Below are positions 40,691-49,227 of a stretch of 64,000 nt of DNA, one piece after another (the stretch's first letter is position 1; each line of letters opens with the position of its first letter). The DNA comes from Sphingobium sp. (GTDB lineage: Bacteria; Pseudomonadota; Alphaproteobacteria; Sphingomonadales; Sphingomonadaceae): NCBI GenBank assembly GCA_009360885.1, contig SPEL01000006.1:6303-70302 (forward strand). The letters are read 5' to 3'. Under the pieces are notes generated by a model that had not been told where the DNA came from, searched no databases, and saw only the letters and a program-made list of their open reading frames with translations. The position numbers and the translations under genes were made by a program.

Positions 40691-41416
40691 CTAAGCCGCA
40701 ATGAGGCCCATGCCCACACCCCGCACCGCCGCTGATGTGCGGTCAGATACGTCCAGCTTATTATAAATGCGGCGCAAATATGTATCCACTGTGCCGCCTG
40801 ACAAATGCAATATATCGGCGATCACACTGTTACTTTTGCCCCGCGCCACCCATTCTAATATTTCCAGCTCCCTTTCGGAAAGGGGCCGTTCTATTGCAAT
40901 TTTATCCGGCAACAATTGGCACAGGCGCATATGCGCCGCCTGCGCAATCAGATGCATTTCATCGACAGGGGCGTCTTCCAGCACCTGTTCATTAACCGCA
41001 TATCCCACAGCAAGCATACCATGGCGCCCGCGCGGCCCGAATACCGGGAAATTATATCCATCCCCCAGACCGGCCTCGCTCATCACCTCTAAAAAACGCT
41101 GCTGTTCTGTATCAGGCTCTATCTTCGCCCAGACATCCCGCCAGCGTGCGGCCTGTCCCCTGAGCAGGGAATAAGCAGGACCGGGATCTTTCTGCCCCCA
41201 CTCCTCATCAATATATTTTTGCTTAACTTGTGGAGGAAAACCGCGATTTATCACGGTAAAGCCACGCACAGTTTCCTTCCCGGTACGATTGACCAGAAAA
41301 TAGGCCAGACCGCGAAACCCTTTCCCCTGATAATAACGCCGCAAATGACGCCACAGCGCCGCACGGGTTGCGGCACTGCCGATAATATCAAGTTCAGGAA
41401 CAATCCCGGTGTCCAA
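40691..41416 (-). CDS. LuxR family regulator (autoinducer-binding domain plus HTH), orphan in this window
   Basis: FPPQVKQKY..DP..RW..GYNFPV; LSERELEILEWVARGKSN..TVDTYLRRIYNKLDV; TTG start with AAGGA SD. Confidence 0.9.
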   Translation of the reverse strand: MDTGIVPELDIIGSAATRAALWRHLRRYYQGKGFRGLAYFLVNRTGKETVRGFTVINRGFPPQVKQKYIDEEWGQKDPGPAYSLLRGQAARWRDVWAKIEPDTEQQRFLEVMSEAGLGDGYNFPVFGPRGRHGMLAVGYAVNEQVLEDAPVDEMHLIAQAAHMRLCQLLPDKIAIERPLSERELEILEWVARGKSNSVIADILHLSGGTVDTYLRRIYNKLDVSDRTSAAVRGVGMGLIAA

Positions 41417-41625
41417 TCACTGCATCCTTACCAGAGCATGTCGCGAGAGATAAGATGCCAGCGATTCGCTCTAAGTTGCTGTTGCCACATCGAATTTTGT
41501 ACAAAATCTATTCCTGATTTTGCGCACGATGCTTTCCTACATTTAGTAACCCGACCCGTTTATTAGTTGATTATAAAATAATGTTGTTCCCGCTTCCAGA
41601 CATAATCAAAGCGGGAAGAAAATTT

Positions 41626-43053
41626 TTACCATATATTTCTTATACGAAAAGAACCCGCCTTCCCCAGAACCAGTTCCGTCATCGCCCAGACAAGCGCATC
41701 CGCCCGGTCTGGCGAACGCCCCGGCCCAACATACTCACCACCAGCCATGATACCGCACATCTGATCCTCCAACGCCGGAAAGGCCGCTATATGCGCCAAC
41801 CGGCCTCGTTCATAGAGGGCCGCGACGGGTTCCGCCCGCGCCGCTTTGCCCCGGCTGGCGTGCACGAGTTTAAGGGGAATATCCGCCTGCGCCGCGCGTA
41901 ATACGCTGCCCACCATTTCCCCGCCATTATTCGCCTCGGCTACCACGCGATCCGCCCCATGACGAACCGCCAGAGCCGACACGCGTGATGCCCAACGCTC
42001 CGGCCTCGCCCCCTCGACCGATCCATCCTCCAGCACATAGCCGCGGCCATCATGGCCCAGCGCCGCAACAATGATGCCGCAAGCATCACCATGGCTGCTT
42101 GCGGGCGGATCAACGGCCACCACAATACGGGCAAAGGGCGATGCGGCCTCCATCATTTCCTGTCGAGCTTTGGCGGTTAACCGGCATCGTTCCAGCAAAG
42201 CACGCGTCCAGAGCGCCCCTTCCGGTTCCTCAATCAGTTCGCCCAGTAATTCCTGCCGCCCCAATGCTGTTCCGCCATAATCACGCTCCATCGCCGCGAT
42301 AAAATCCGCCGATAAATGCGCCTGATTATCCTGTGTCGCCCCGCCGGTAATAACAATGGCGGCGCGCTCCGCCGGGGTGGCCTGAACAGCAGAGGCGGCG
42401 GGGACAGCATCTGCTCTGGCTTGCTCGCCCTCCAACTCACTCCCCTGTACATTTGCCTGCCCCATCAACCGCAGCATCAGCGACACCGGGCGCGGCGTCG
42501 TCGTCGCCAGCACACGCGGATGACGACCAAGACGCAGCCCCATCATCAGATTATCCCACGCCGCGTCGCCTTCCGCCCATTTAGCGATTTCATCGGCCCA
42601 AATATGGGTGAATTGCGGTCCGCGCAAACTATCCGGCTCCCCCGCGCCAAAGACCATAGCCTGTGCGCCAGACCTCCAGATCAACCTCCGCAGCGCCGGG
42701 TGCCAGACAGGCCTGTCCCAATAAGGCGCAATAGAGAGAAGACCGCTCTCCCCCTCCACCATCACACTACGCGCCTCATGGATGGTCGCACCAACCAGAG
42801 CAATCCGGGCATGACCGTCATTTTCAGCGACAGAGCGCACCCATTCCGCCCCGGCGCGTGTTTTGCCAAAGCCGCGCCCCGCAACAATCAGCCAGATGCG
42901 CCAGTCCCCCGGCGGCGGCAATTGTTCTGGCCGGGCATGAACCGACCAGTCATGGAGCAAGGTTTCCCGCCCCACCTCGCCAATTTGATCGAGAAAAAGG
43001 CTGACTTTCTCTTCTGGCCACTCAGCCAGCTCTTCCCATAAAGACTGGCTCAT
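41626..43053 (-). CDS. Terminase large subunit (GTA g2)
   Basis: AGRGFGKTRAGAEW, LRGPQF, WADE, VAVDPP, SPDRADALVWA. Confidence 0.95.
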   Translation of the reverse strand: MSQSLWEELAEWPEEKVSLFLDQIGEVGRETLLHDWSVHARPEQLPPPGDWRIWLIVAGRGFGKTRAGAEWVRSVAENDGHARIALVGATIHEARSVMVEGESGLLSIAPYWDRPVWHPALRRLIWRSGAQAMVFGAGEPDSLRGPQFTHIWADEIAKWAEGDAAWDNLMMGLRLGRHPRVLATTTPRPVSLMLRLMGQANVQGSELEGEQARADAVPAASAVQATPAERAAIVITGGATQDNQAHLSADFIAAMERDYGGTALGRQELLGELIEEPEGALWTRALLERCRLTAKARQEMMEAASPFARIVVAVDPPASSHGDACGIIVAALGHDGRGYVLEDGSVEGARPERWASRVSALAVRHGADRVVAEANNGGEMVGSVLRAAQADIPLKLVHASRGKAARAEPVAALYERGRLAHIAAFPALEDQMCGIMAGGEYVGPGRSPDRADALVWAMTELVLGKAGSFRIRNIW

Positions 43054-43664
43054 GCGTCACAGCCATCTTCATCATCAGATTGAGCGATTTTGCTGCCGGG
43101 GCGTTTTCTCTCCCTGATAATGGCAAGCCGTTCCTGTATCTCTGCCTTCACTGCATCGCTGCCGGGTCGTTCTATGCCCTTTTGCTGGCGATATTCATCC
43201 ACCGTGGCCTTATGCATCATCAACAAGCGAAACGCGATGCCATGGGGGTAGCTATGAACCTTTTTGGTTTTAACAGCACCATCCTCTTTTCCATCATCAA
43301 CGGTTTCCGTCGTCTCGCTGCCATAGATGGATTGGCGGAGCAGCAGCATCTCCAGCTCGGCATAGCCTTGCTCCAGCGCTTCCTTCCATTCGGCGGCAAA
43401 GGCCGGATCACGTCGGCGCAAATCATAAGCGCCACATTCTGACATGTTCACACTGCGTGCTGCTTCCCGCACATTACAGCTATTTTTGAGCACTCCCAGA
43501 AAAGCCGCCCGCTTTTTCGCTGTCCAGCCTTTGGCGTTAACCCGGCGTTTTTGCGCAATGGCAGCATGGCCACTGGCCCGCCCCCCTCGCCGCACGACCA
43601 AAGCATCCCGCGTCGTGCCTTTCTGCTGTATTTTCTGATCGCCTGCCTTATCCCGCCCTGTCAT
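43050..43664 (-). CDS. Terminase small subunit-like protein (GTA g1 position)
   Basis: WTAKKRAAFL..NVREAAR..AYDLRRRDPAFAAEWKEAL..LE HTH; SD GGAGG; ATGA overlap with terminase. Confidence 0.75.
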   Translation of the reverse strand: MTGRDKAGDQKIQQKGTTRDALVVRRGGRASGHAAIAQKRRVNAKGWTAKKRAAFLGVLKNSCNVREAARSVNMSECGAYDLRRRDPAFAAEWKEALEQGYAELEMLLLRQSIYGSETTETVDDGKEDGAVKTKKVHSYPHGIAFRLLMMHKATVDEYRQQKGIERPGSDAVKAEIQERLAIIRERKRPGSKIAQSDDEDGCDA

Positions 43665-43693
43665 GCTACCTCCGCATGGCGCCTGTGCAGCAC

Positions 43694-43739
43694 AAAGAAA
43701 AAGGGGCCGGCCCCATCTGGCGCCAGCCCCTTTTTTCTT
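43694..43739 (-). terminator. Intrinsic terminator in the GTA 5' leader
   Basis: Minus strand GGGGCTGGC..GCCGGCCCC-TTTTTCTTT, ending 30 nt before the g1 ATG. Confidence 0.8.
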
Positions 43740-43781
43740 CATCGCCGCATCACCGCGACCCGCTATTTTCCAATATGGCGA

Positions 43782-43832
43782 TATGTGCCATAATAGCGTG
43801 ACGATGTCAATATATTTTTACCAAATAGGTTA
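43782..43832 (-). promoter_or_regulatory. Putative GTA promoter with upstream inverted repeat
   Basis: TTGACA (43810-43805) N17 CACATA; TAACC-N5-GGTAA at 43818-43832. Confidence 0.5.
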
Positions 43833-43834
43833 TT

Positions 43835-44290
43835 TTAATCTTCGTGCGACACTTTCTCGATGGTCAACGTCCTCTCTTTACCGCCCCTATCCGGCCAGAT
43901 GATCGACTGCCCTTCCCGCAGACCGATTAAACCCGCGCCGATGGGCGTCAGGATAGAAATACGGCCCGCCTCAATATCGGCTTCTCTGGGGTAAACCAGC
44001 TTCACCTGCCGCCGCGCGCCTGTGGTGCCATCGGTAAATTCGACGGTGGACTGCATCCGCACCACATCAACCGGCATCTTATCGGCGCTATGAATATGGG
44101 CGCGGGCGATTTCCGTCATCAGCAGTTCGCTCACCTGCGGCAAGCGCTCTTCCGCACCGATGGCAAGGCCCGTCAGGGAATCCGCCTCATTGTCGATCAT
44201 ATGAATGGGCGGACGGCGCGTCGCTTTCGCACCGCCAGCCACGGAGGAAGCCTTAGCGCCGCCTGTAGCGGTAGATTCGGTATTGCTCAT
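43835..44290 (-). CDS. rnk: Regulator of nucleoside diphosphate kinase (Gre-like)
   Basis: LLMTEIARA..DVVRMQSTV..LVYPREADIEAGRISILTPIGAGLIGLREGQSI. Confidence 0.9.
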   Translation of the reverse strand: MSNTESTATGGAKASSVAGGAKATRRPPIHMIDNEADSLTGLAIGAEERLPQVSELLMTEIARAHIHSADKMPVDVVRMQSTVEFTDGTTGARRQVKLVYPREADIEAGRISILTPIGAGLIGLREGQSIIWPDRGGKERTLTIEKVSHED

Positions 44291-44417
44291 GGGGTTTTAA
44301 CTTCTTTGTCCAATGGGGATGATAAGGCCGCTGACCGCACAAAGCCGAACGACAAAAATGCTATGAAAAAGCAGAAATCACGCCCCGGTTCGGGGCATGT
44401 GCAGCACCGACCCGGGG

Positions 44418-44483
44418 CTATATGCCCGCGAGAAGCTGACCCCCATGGTGTCGAATATGAAAAAGGCGGATATGCTGTGCCAT
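44418..44483 (-). CDS. Putative leaderless leader peptide of rnk, MAQHIRLFHIRHHGGQLLAGI
   Basis: TTGACT-N17-CATCCT-N7-ATG; stop codon abuts a GC hairpin at 44382-44418. Confidence 0.55.
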   Translation of the reverse strand: MAQHIRLFHIRHHGGQLLAGI

Positions 44484-44666
44484 GATTGCGAGGATGTCAT
44501 TCAATTGCCGCTAAGTCAATTTGCGCCTGATGGTTTCTGCTATTCGCTATTGCCCCGGCAACCATCCTTTTCATTTCAATCATAAGACGAAAACTGATGC
44601 TTATTCATTGCATCGCAATATTCTCTGCTGGTCACCCCCGGCCATATAGGCTAGGGGGACCGCACG

Positions 44667-45311
44667 ATGCTGACCCGTCTTTATCAATGGATGCTGGCGA
44701 AAGCCGCCCATCGCCATGCTGATCGCTGGCTCGCCGCGATTTCCTTCATGGAATCGAGCTTTTTCCCCATTCCGCCGCACCCATTATTGGGGTTGATGTG
44801 CCTCGCTCGCCCCGAAAAGGCGCTGCGTTATGGCATTATCTGCACCCTTGCATCGGTATTTGGGGGTTTGCTGGGCTATGCCATTGGTCATTTCCTTTAT
44901 GAAAGCATCGGCGCGAGCCTGCTTTCTGCCCTAGGTCTGGCCGATAAATTCCCGGCAGCGGCCTGCTATTTGCGGGCTTATGGGGCAGAAATCATCTTGC
45001 TGAAGGGGGCCACCCCCATCCCCTTTAAGCTCATTACCATAACTGCGGGCTTTATCGGCCTGTCGCTTTTCACCTTCCTGTGGGCGAGCATCTTGTCCCG
45101 TGGGTTCCAGTTCATGCTGGTAGGTGTGCTGTTCTGGAAATATGGCGCAGCGATTAAGCCCTTTATCGAGAAATATCTCGGCTGGCTGTCAGCGGCCTTT
45201 GTCATATTGGTGGCTGGTGGGTTCATCGCGGCGAGCATGCTGACCGGCGGCAATGATGGCACGAGCGATATGTGCAGCAACGCTACTATGGCAACCATGG
45301 CGACGCGCTGA
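44667..45311 (+). CDS. YqaA/DedA family membrane protein
   Basis: SFMESSFFPIPP, ASVFGGLLGY, TPIPFKLITITAG. Confidence 0.9.
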   Translation: MLTRLYQWMLAKAAHRHADRWLAAISFMESSFFPIPPHPLLGLMCLARPEKALRYGIICTLASVFGGLLGYAIGHFLYESIGASLLSALGLADKFPAAACYLRAYGAEIILLKGATPIPFKLITITAGFIGLSLFTFLWASILSRGFQFMLVGVLFWKYGAAIKPFIEKYLGWLSAAFVILVAGGFIAASMLTGGNDGTSDMCSNATMATMATR

Positions 45312-45369
45312 TACATTCACTCGGCGAGATCGGGGACACAGTATAAGCCAGAATGAAGGAGCAGGCGAG

Positions 45370-46989
45370 ATGGCAGGCGAACAAAAGCAACCGGCCTTAT
45401 TCGCTGATGCTGCCTTGTTTCCTCCGATTCTGCCTTCAATTCTAACCCCGCTCCTGCACCGCCCGCGCCTCAGCGCCTTTATCGCAGGCGCGGCTTCCGC
45501 CACCGGCTTTGCGCCATTATCCCTGTGGCCGATATGCCTGATCGCCATCACGCTATTAATGGCCCTGACGCAGCAGGCGCAGAACCGCAAGCAAGCCTTC
45601 TCCGTCGGCTGGTTTTTTGGCCTTGGCCATTTCACCGTGATGCTCAACTGGATTGCCCATGCCTTCACCTATCAGGAGGCGATGCCGCACTGGTTCGGCT
45701 ATGGCTCGGTCGTGCTGCTTTCGCTCTATCTCGCAATCTGGCCGGGGGTCACAGCTTTGGCGACCCATGCAGTGCGGATGCGCTTTCCCGCAGCGCCGAT
45801 CACGCCTTTATTCGCCGGACTTTGGGTACTGACGGAAATGGCACGAGGCTGGCTATTCACCGGCTTTGCATGGAATCCGCTGGGGCTGATCTGGCTCGGC
45901 ACCGGGGTAGATCAGACCGCAACATGGGTGGGCAGTTACGGCCTTTCCGCATTGGTGGTGCTGATGGCGGGCGGGTTGCTGGCGCTTCTCCGCAAAGACT
46001 GGAAAGGCGGCGCGCCGGTTTTGGCGGCAGGTGTGATTCTGGCGGCAGCAGGCCTATTCACCACCGCCCGCGCACCCATGCCCACGCCATCGCGCAGCAC
46101 CCCCGCCATCACCGTGGTTCAGCCCAATGTCGGTCAGGTCGAAAAATATGACGCGACGATGGAAATGGATAATTTCGCTAAGCTGGTTCGGCTGACCGGC
46201 TCCTCCTCCCCTGACCGCCCGCGCCTGATTTTCTGGCCAGAGGCCGCGATAGAGGCTTGGCTGGATATGGAGCCGGAATGGCGGGAACGGCTCGCCCACT
46301 TGCTCGGCCCCAATGATCTGCTGATGACCGGCGGGGTAAAGGTCTATATTGACGAAAAAGCAATACCTTATGGCACGAAGCTGACGGGCGCACACAACAG
46401 CGTCTGGGTGGTAACGCCGGATGCCCGCCTCATCCGCCGTTATGATAAGGCGCATCTGGTGCCCTATGGTGAATATCTGCCGATGCGGGAAATATTAGAA
46501 CCCATCGGCCTTTCCCGCCTTGTGCCGGGCGCGGTGGATTTCATTCCCGGCCCCGGTCCGCAATCCCTCTTGCTCCCCGCTGGCAAAGGGTGGGACGCAC
46601 TCTCCATGGGCGTACAGATATGCTATGAAATCATCTTTTCGGGGAAGGTGATTGACCGGACTAACCGCCCCGGCTTCATCTACAACCCATCCAATGACGC
46701 ATGGTTTGGCGCATGGGGACCGCCCCAACATCTGGCACAGGCGCGGATGCGGGCGATTGAGGAAGGCATGCCGATCATCCGCTCCACCCCCACCGGCATT
46801 TCGGCGGTGATTGATGGCCATGGCCGGGTGATAGCCTCCATCCCCCATCATCAGGAAGGCGCGATTAATAGCGCCCTGCCCGCCGCACTGCCCGCGACAC
46901 TTTACGCCCGGTTGGGCATTAGCATCTCTTTAGCGCTGGCAATTTTTCTTGTTGTATTGGCCGTTGCAACCGCCCGGCGCAGAGGTTAA
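45370..46989 (+). CDS. lnt: Apolipoprotein N-acyltransferase
   Basis: FTGFAWN, VQPN, WPE, YDKAHLVPYGEY, ICYE, SNDAWFG. Confidence 0.95.
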   Translation: MAGEQKQPALFADAALFPPILPSILTPLLHRPRLSAFIAGAASATGFAPLSLWPICLIAITLLMALTQQAQNRKQAFSVGWFFGLGHFTVMLNWIAHAFTYQEAMPHWFGYGSVVLLSLYLAIWPGVTALATHAVRMRFPAAPITPLFAGLWVLTEMARGWLFTGFAWNPLGLIWLGTGVDQTATWVGSYGLSALVVLMAGGLLALLRKDWKGGAPVLAAGVILAAAGLFTTARAPMPTPSRSTPAITVVQPNVGQVEKYDATMEMDNFAKLVRLTGSSSPDRPRLIFWPEAAIEAWLDMEPEWRERLAHLLGPNDLLMTGGVKVYIDEKAIPYGTKLTGAHNSVWVVTPDARLIRRYDKAHLVPYGEYLPMREILEPIGLSRLVPGAVDFIPGPGPQSLLLPAGKGWDALSMGVQICYEIIFSGKVIDRTNRPGFIYNPSNDAWFGAWGPPQHLAQARMRAIEEGMPIIRSTPTGISAVIDGHGRVIASIPHHQEGAINSALPAALPATLYARLGISISLALAIFLVVLAVATARRRG

Positions 46990-46999
46990 AGAAGCCTGC

Positions 47000-47018
47000 A
47001 TATAAACATTTCTTTATA
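47000..47018 (+). promoter_or_regulatory. SahR-like operator upstream of metK
   Basis: Palindrome TATAAA-CATTTC-TTTATA; resemblance to the SahR box is from memory of that motif. Confidence 0.55.
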
Positions 47019-47044
47019 CCGTCATTTTAGCGGACAGGAGCATC

Positions 47045-48256
47045 ATGCGCCAAAATTATCTCTTCACCTCCGAAAGCGTGTCGGAGGGGCATCCCGATAA
47101 GGTTTCCGACCAGATTTCCGACGCCATTGTCGATCTTTTCCTGTCCAAAGACCCGGAAGCACGCATCGCCTGCGAAACCCTGACCACCACCCAACTCGTT
47201 GTTCTGGCTGGTGAAATCCGCTGCAAGGGCGTGTATGAAAATGGTCAGTGGGCCGATGGCGCGCTGGAAGAAATTGAACGCACCGTCCGTAACACCGTCA
47301 AGGAAATCGGTTACGAACAGGATGGTTTCCACTGGGAAACTCTGCGCTTTGAAAATAACCTGCATGGTCAGTCCGAACATATTGCACAGGGCGTTGACGC
47401 GTCCGGCAATAAGGATGAAGGCGCGGGCGATCAGGGCATCATGTTTGGCTTCGCTTGCGATGAAACGCCGGACCTCATGCCTGCCACCTTGTACTACAGC
47501 CATAAAATCCTCGAAAAAATGGCCGCAGACCGCCACAGCGGCGCAGCACCCTTTCTGGAACCCGATACCAAGAGCCAGGTAACGCTGCGTTTTGAAAATG
47601 GCGTACCGGCAGCCTGCACCGCCATCGTTGTGTCCACCCAGCACGCACCGGGCTATGACACGGGCGACAAGGAAGCCGAACTGAAAGCTTATGTGAAGCA
47701 GGTCGTGGCGGATGTCATTCCCGCTGCCTTGCTCTCCGACGAAACCGTCTATCACATCAACCCTACCGGCAGCTTTGAAATTGGCGGGCCTGATGGCGAT
47801 GCTGGCCTCACCGGCCGCAAGATCATCGTGGATACTTATGGCGGCGCGGCCCCCCATGGCGGCGGCGCGTTCAGCGGTAAGGACCCGACGAAGGTTGACC
47901 GTTCGGCGGCCTATGTCACCCGCTATCTGGCGAAGAATGTGGTTGCCGCTGGCCTTGCCAAGCGCTGCACTATTCAGATTGCCTATGCCATTGGCGTATC
48001 CAAGCCGCTATCGCTCTATGTTGACACCCATGGCACCGGCACCGTTGCTGATGATGTTCTGGAAGCCGCAATTGCCAAGGTTGCAGGTGAAAAGCTGGGC
48101 GGTCTTACCCCGCGCGGCATCCGTACAGGCCTTGGGCTGAACAAGCCAATCTACCGCAAGAGCGCGGCCTATGGCCATTTTGGTCGCACCGCAGAGGGCG
48201 ATTTCTTCCCGTGGGAACGCACCGACCTTGCTGATGCGCTGAAGGCCGCACTTTGA
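47045..48256 (+). CDS. metK: S-adenosylmethionine synthetase
   Basis: [40 protein letters not shown]. Confidence 0.99.
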   Translation: MRQNYLFTSESVSEGHPDKVSDQISDAIVDLFLSKDPEARIACETLTTTQLVVLAGEIRCKGVYENGQWADGALEEIERTVRNTVKEIGYEQDGFHWETLRFENNLHGQSEHIAQGVDASGNKDEGAGDQGIMFGFACDETPDLMPATLYYSHKILEKMAADRHSGAAPFLEPDTKSQVTLRFENGVPAACTAIVVSTQHAPGYDTGDKEAELKAYVKQVVADVIPAALLSDETVYHINPTGSFEIGGPDGDAGLTGRKIIVDTYGGAAPHGGGAFSGKDPTKVDRSAAYVTRYLAKNVVAAGLAKRCTIQIAYAIGVSKPLSLYVDTHGTGTVADDVLEAAIAKVAGEKLGGLTPRGIRTGLGLNKPIYRKSAAYGHFGRTAEGDFFPWERTDLADALKAAL

Positions 48257-48287
48257 TTTTCTGACGGCACTTGCCGCCAATATTGGT

Positions 48288-48328
48288 AAACACCGCCGCT
48301 TTTTTCTCCGGGAAGAGGCGGCGGTTTT
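48288..48328. terminator. Terminator after metK
   Basis: ACCGCCGCTTTTT..AAGAGGCGGCGGTTTT. Confidence 0.7.
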
Positions 48329-48342
48329 GCGTTCAGCCCCCG

Positions 48343-48466
48343 ATCAATGCCTGAGGGGATTTCTGGTCTGTCGAGATCAGGAAAAGCCCGCGATGCTGGG
48401 ACCGCCTCCCCTGATAAGTGCTTTGGCAATGCAGTCCGCTTACAAACGCTTCCCTCATAGACTGGC
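48343..48466 (-). ncRNA. Candidate structured non-coding RNA
   Basis: Nested helices TGAGGG/CCCTCA, GTTTGT/ACAGAC and ATCAGGGGA/TTTCCTGAT; G-U pairs favour the minus strand. Confidence 0.45.
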
Positions 48467-48507
48467 CTCCTAGGATTACCCACTGGCGTGGCCAGATTGG
48501 CCCTAAT

Positions 48508-48768
48508 TCAGGCCGCACTCTCCACCAATTCAGCTATTTCAAAAGCATAGCTGGTCCACCCCCGCATTTTCGCAGCCTCGGCCAGCGGGGCACGCTTCTT
48601 CTTCGCTTCCCCCAAAGAGCGCGTATGGCCCCAGAACACCTCCGTCTTGCCATTTTCCAGCACCGCCACGATCCGCCAATAATGGGTGAAGGTATCCGTC
48701 GTGGGGCCGATGGTTTTCACATAACCATCCGGCATAGTCGCCGTCAGATATCGCCGTTTCTTCTTCAA
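48508..48768 (-). CDS. Small basic hypothetical protein
   Basis: 86 aa ORF with TTG start and AGGTGA upstream; no overlap with neighbouring genes. Confidence 0.6.
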   Translation of the reverse strand: MKKKRRYLTATMPDGYVKTIGPTTDTFTHYWRIVAVLENGKTEVFWGHTRSLGEAKKKRAPLAEAAKMRGWTSYAFEIAELVESAA

Positions 48769-48836
48769 AAATCACCTGTTCGCTTATTACCGCCTGCCCC
48801 ATTGCACCTTTACATTCTATCCGCCATCACCACCAT

Positions 48837-49160
48837 ATGACCATCCTCGCTTATATATGCGCAGCTCTCGCCGAAATCGCCGGATGTTTTGCCTTTTGGG
48901 CATGGCTACGGATGGATAAATCCCCGCTCTGGCTCATCCCCGGCATTGCCTCTCTCTGCCTGTTTGCATGGCTGCTAACTTTGGTGGAATCCGATCAGGC
49001 AGGCCGCGCTTATGCGGCCTATGGCGGGGTTTATATTGCTTCGGCCATCGCATGGCTATGGGCCGTTGAAGGCGCGAGGCCGGATCGCTGGGACAGTATC
49101 GGCGGCATCATCTGCCTTGCCGGCGCGGCGCTCATCCTGTGGGGGCCACGCGCGACCTGA
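48837..49160 (+). CDS. YnfA/UPF0060 family membrane protein
   Basis: [27 protein letters not shown]. Confidence 0.92.
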   Translation: MTILAYICAALAEIAGCFAFWAWLRMDKSPLWLIPGIASLCLFAWLLTLVESDQAGRAYAAYGGVYIASAIAWLWAVEGARPDRWDSIGGIICLAGAALILWGPRAT

Positions 49161-49227
49161 ACGGCCTTCCCGTCATCGCACTGCAATGCTTGCAAGCACC
49201 GCGACAGAAAGCTAAGCGCGTGCCATT

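Larger units (their letters stand above)
27376..43810 (-). mobile_element. RcGTA-like gene transfer agent head-tail cluster
   Basis: Order g1-terminase-portal-g3.5-protease-capsid-adaptor-tail terminator-tube-chaperones-short tape measure-distal tail-hub-NlpC/P60-megatron-like; no integrase, replication or lysis genes seen; core genes on both sides. Confidence 0.9.

Noticed and set aside
27376-43810. Temperate prophage
   Set aside because: No integrase, att repeats, repressor, replication or lysis genes were seen; gene order and the short tape measure match RcGTA-like elements
48343-48466. tRNA, SAM riboswitch or canonical 6S RNA
   Set aside because: No cloverleaf or TTC-loop motif; it lies downstream of and antisense to metK; I recognise no 6S motifs or zapA context
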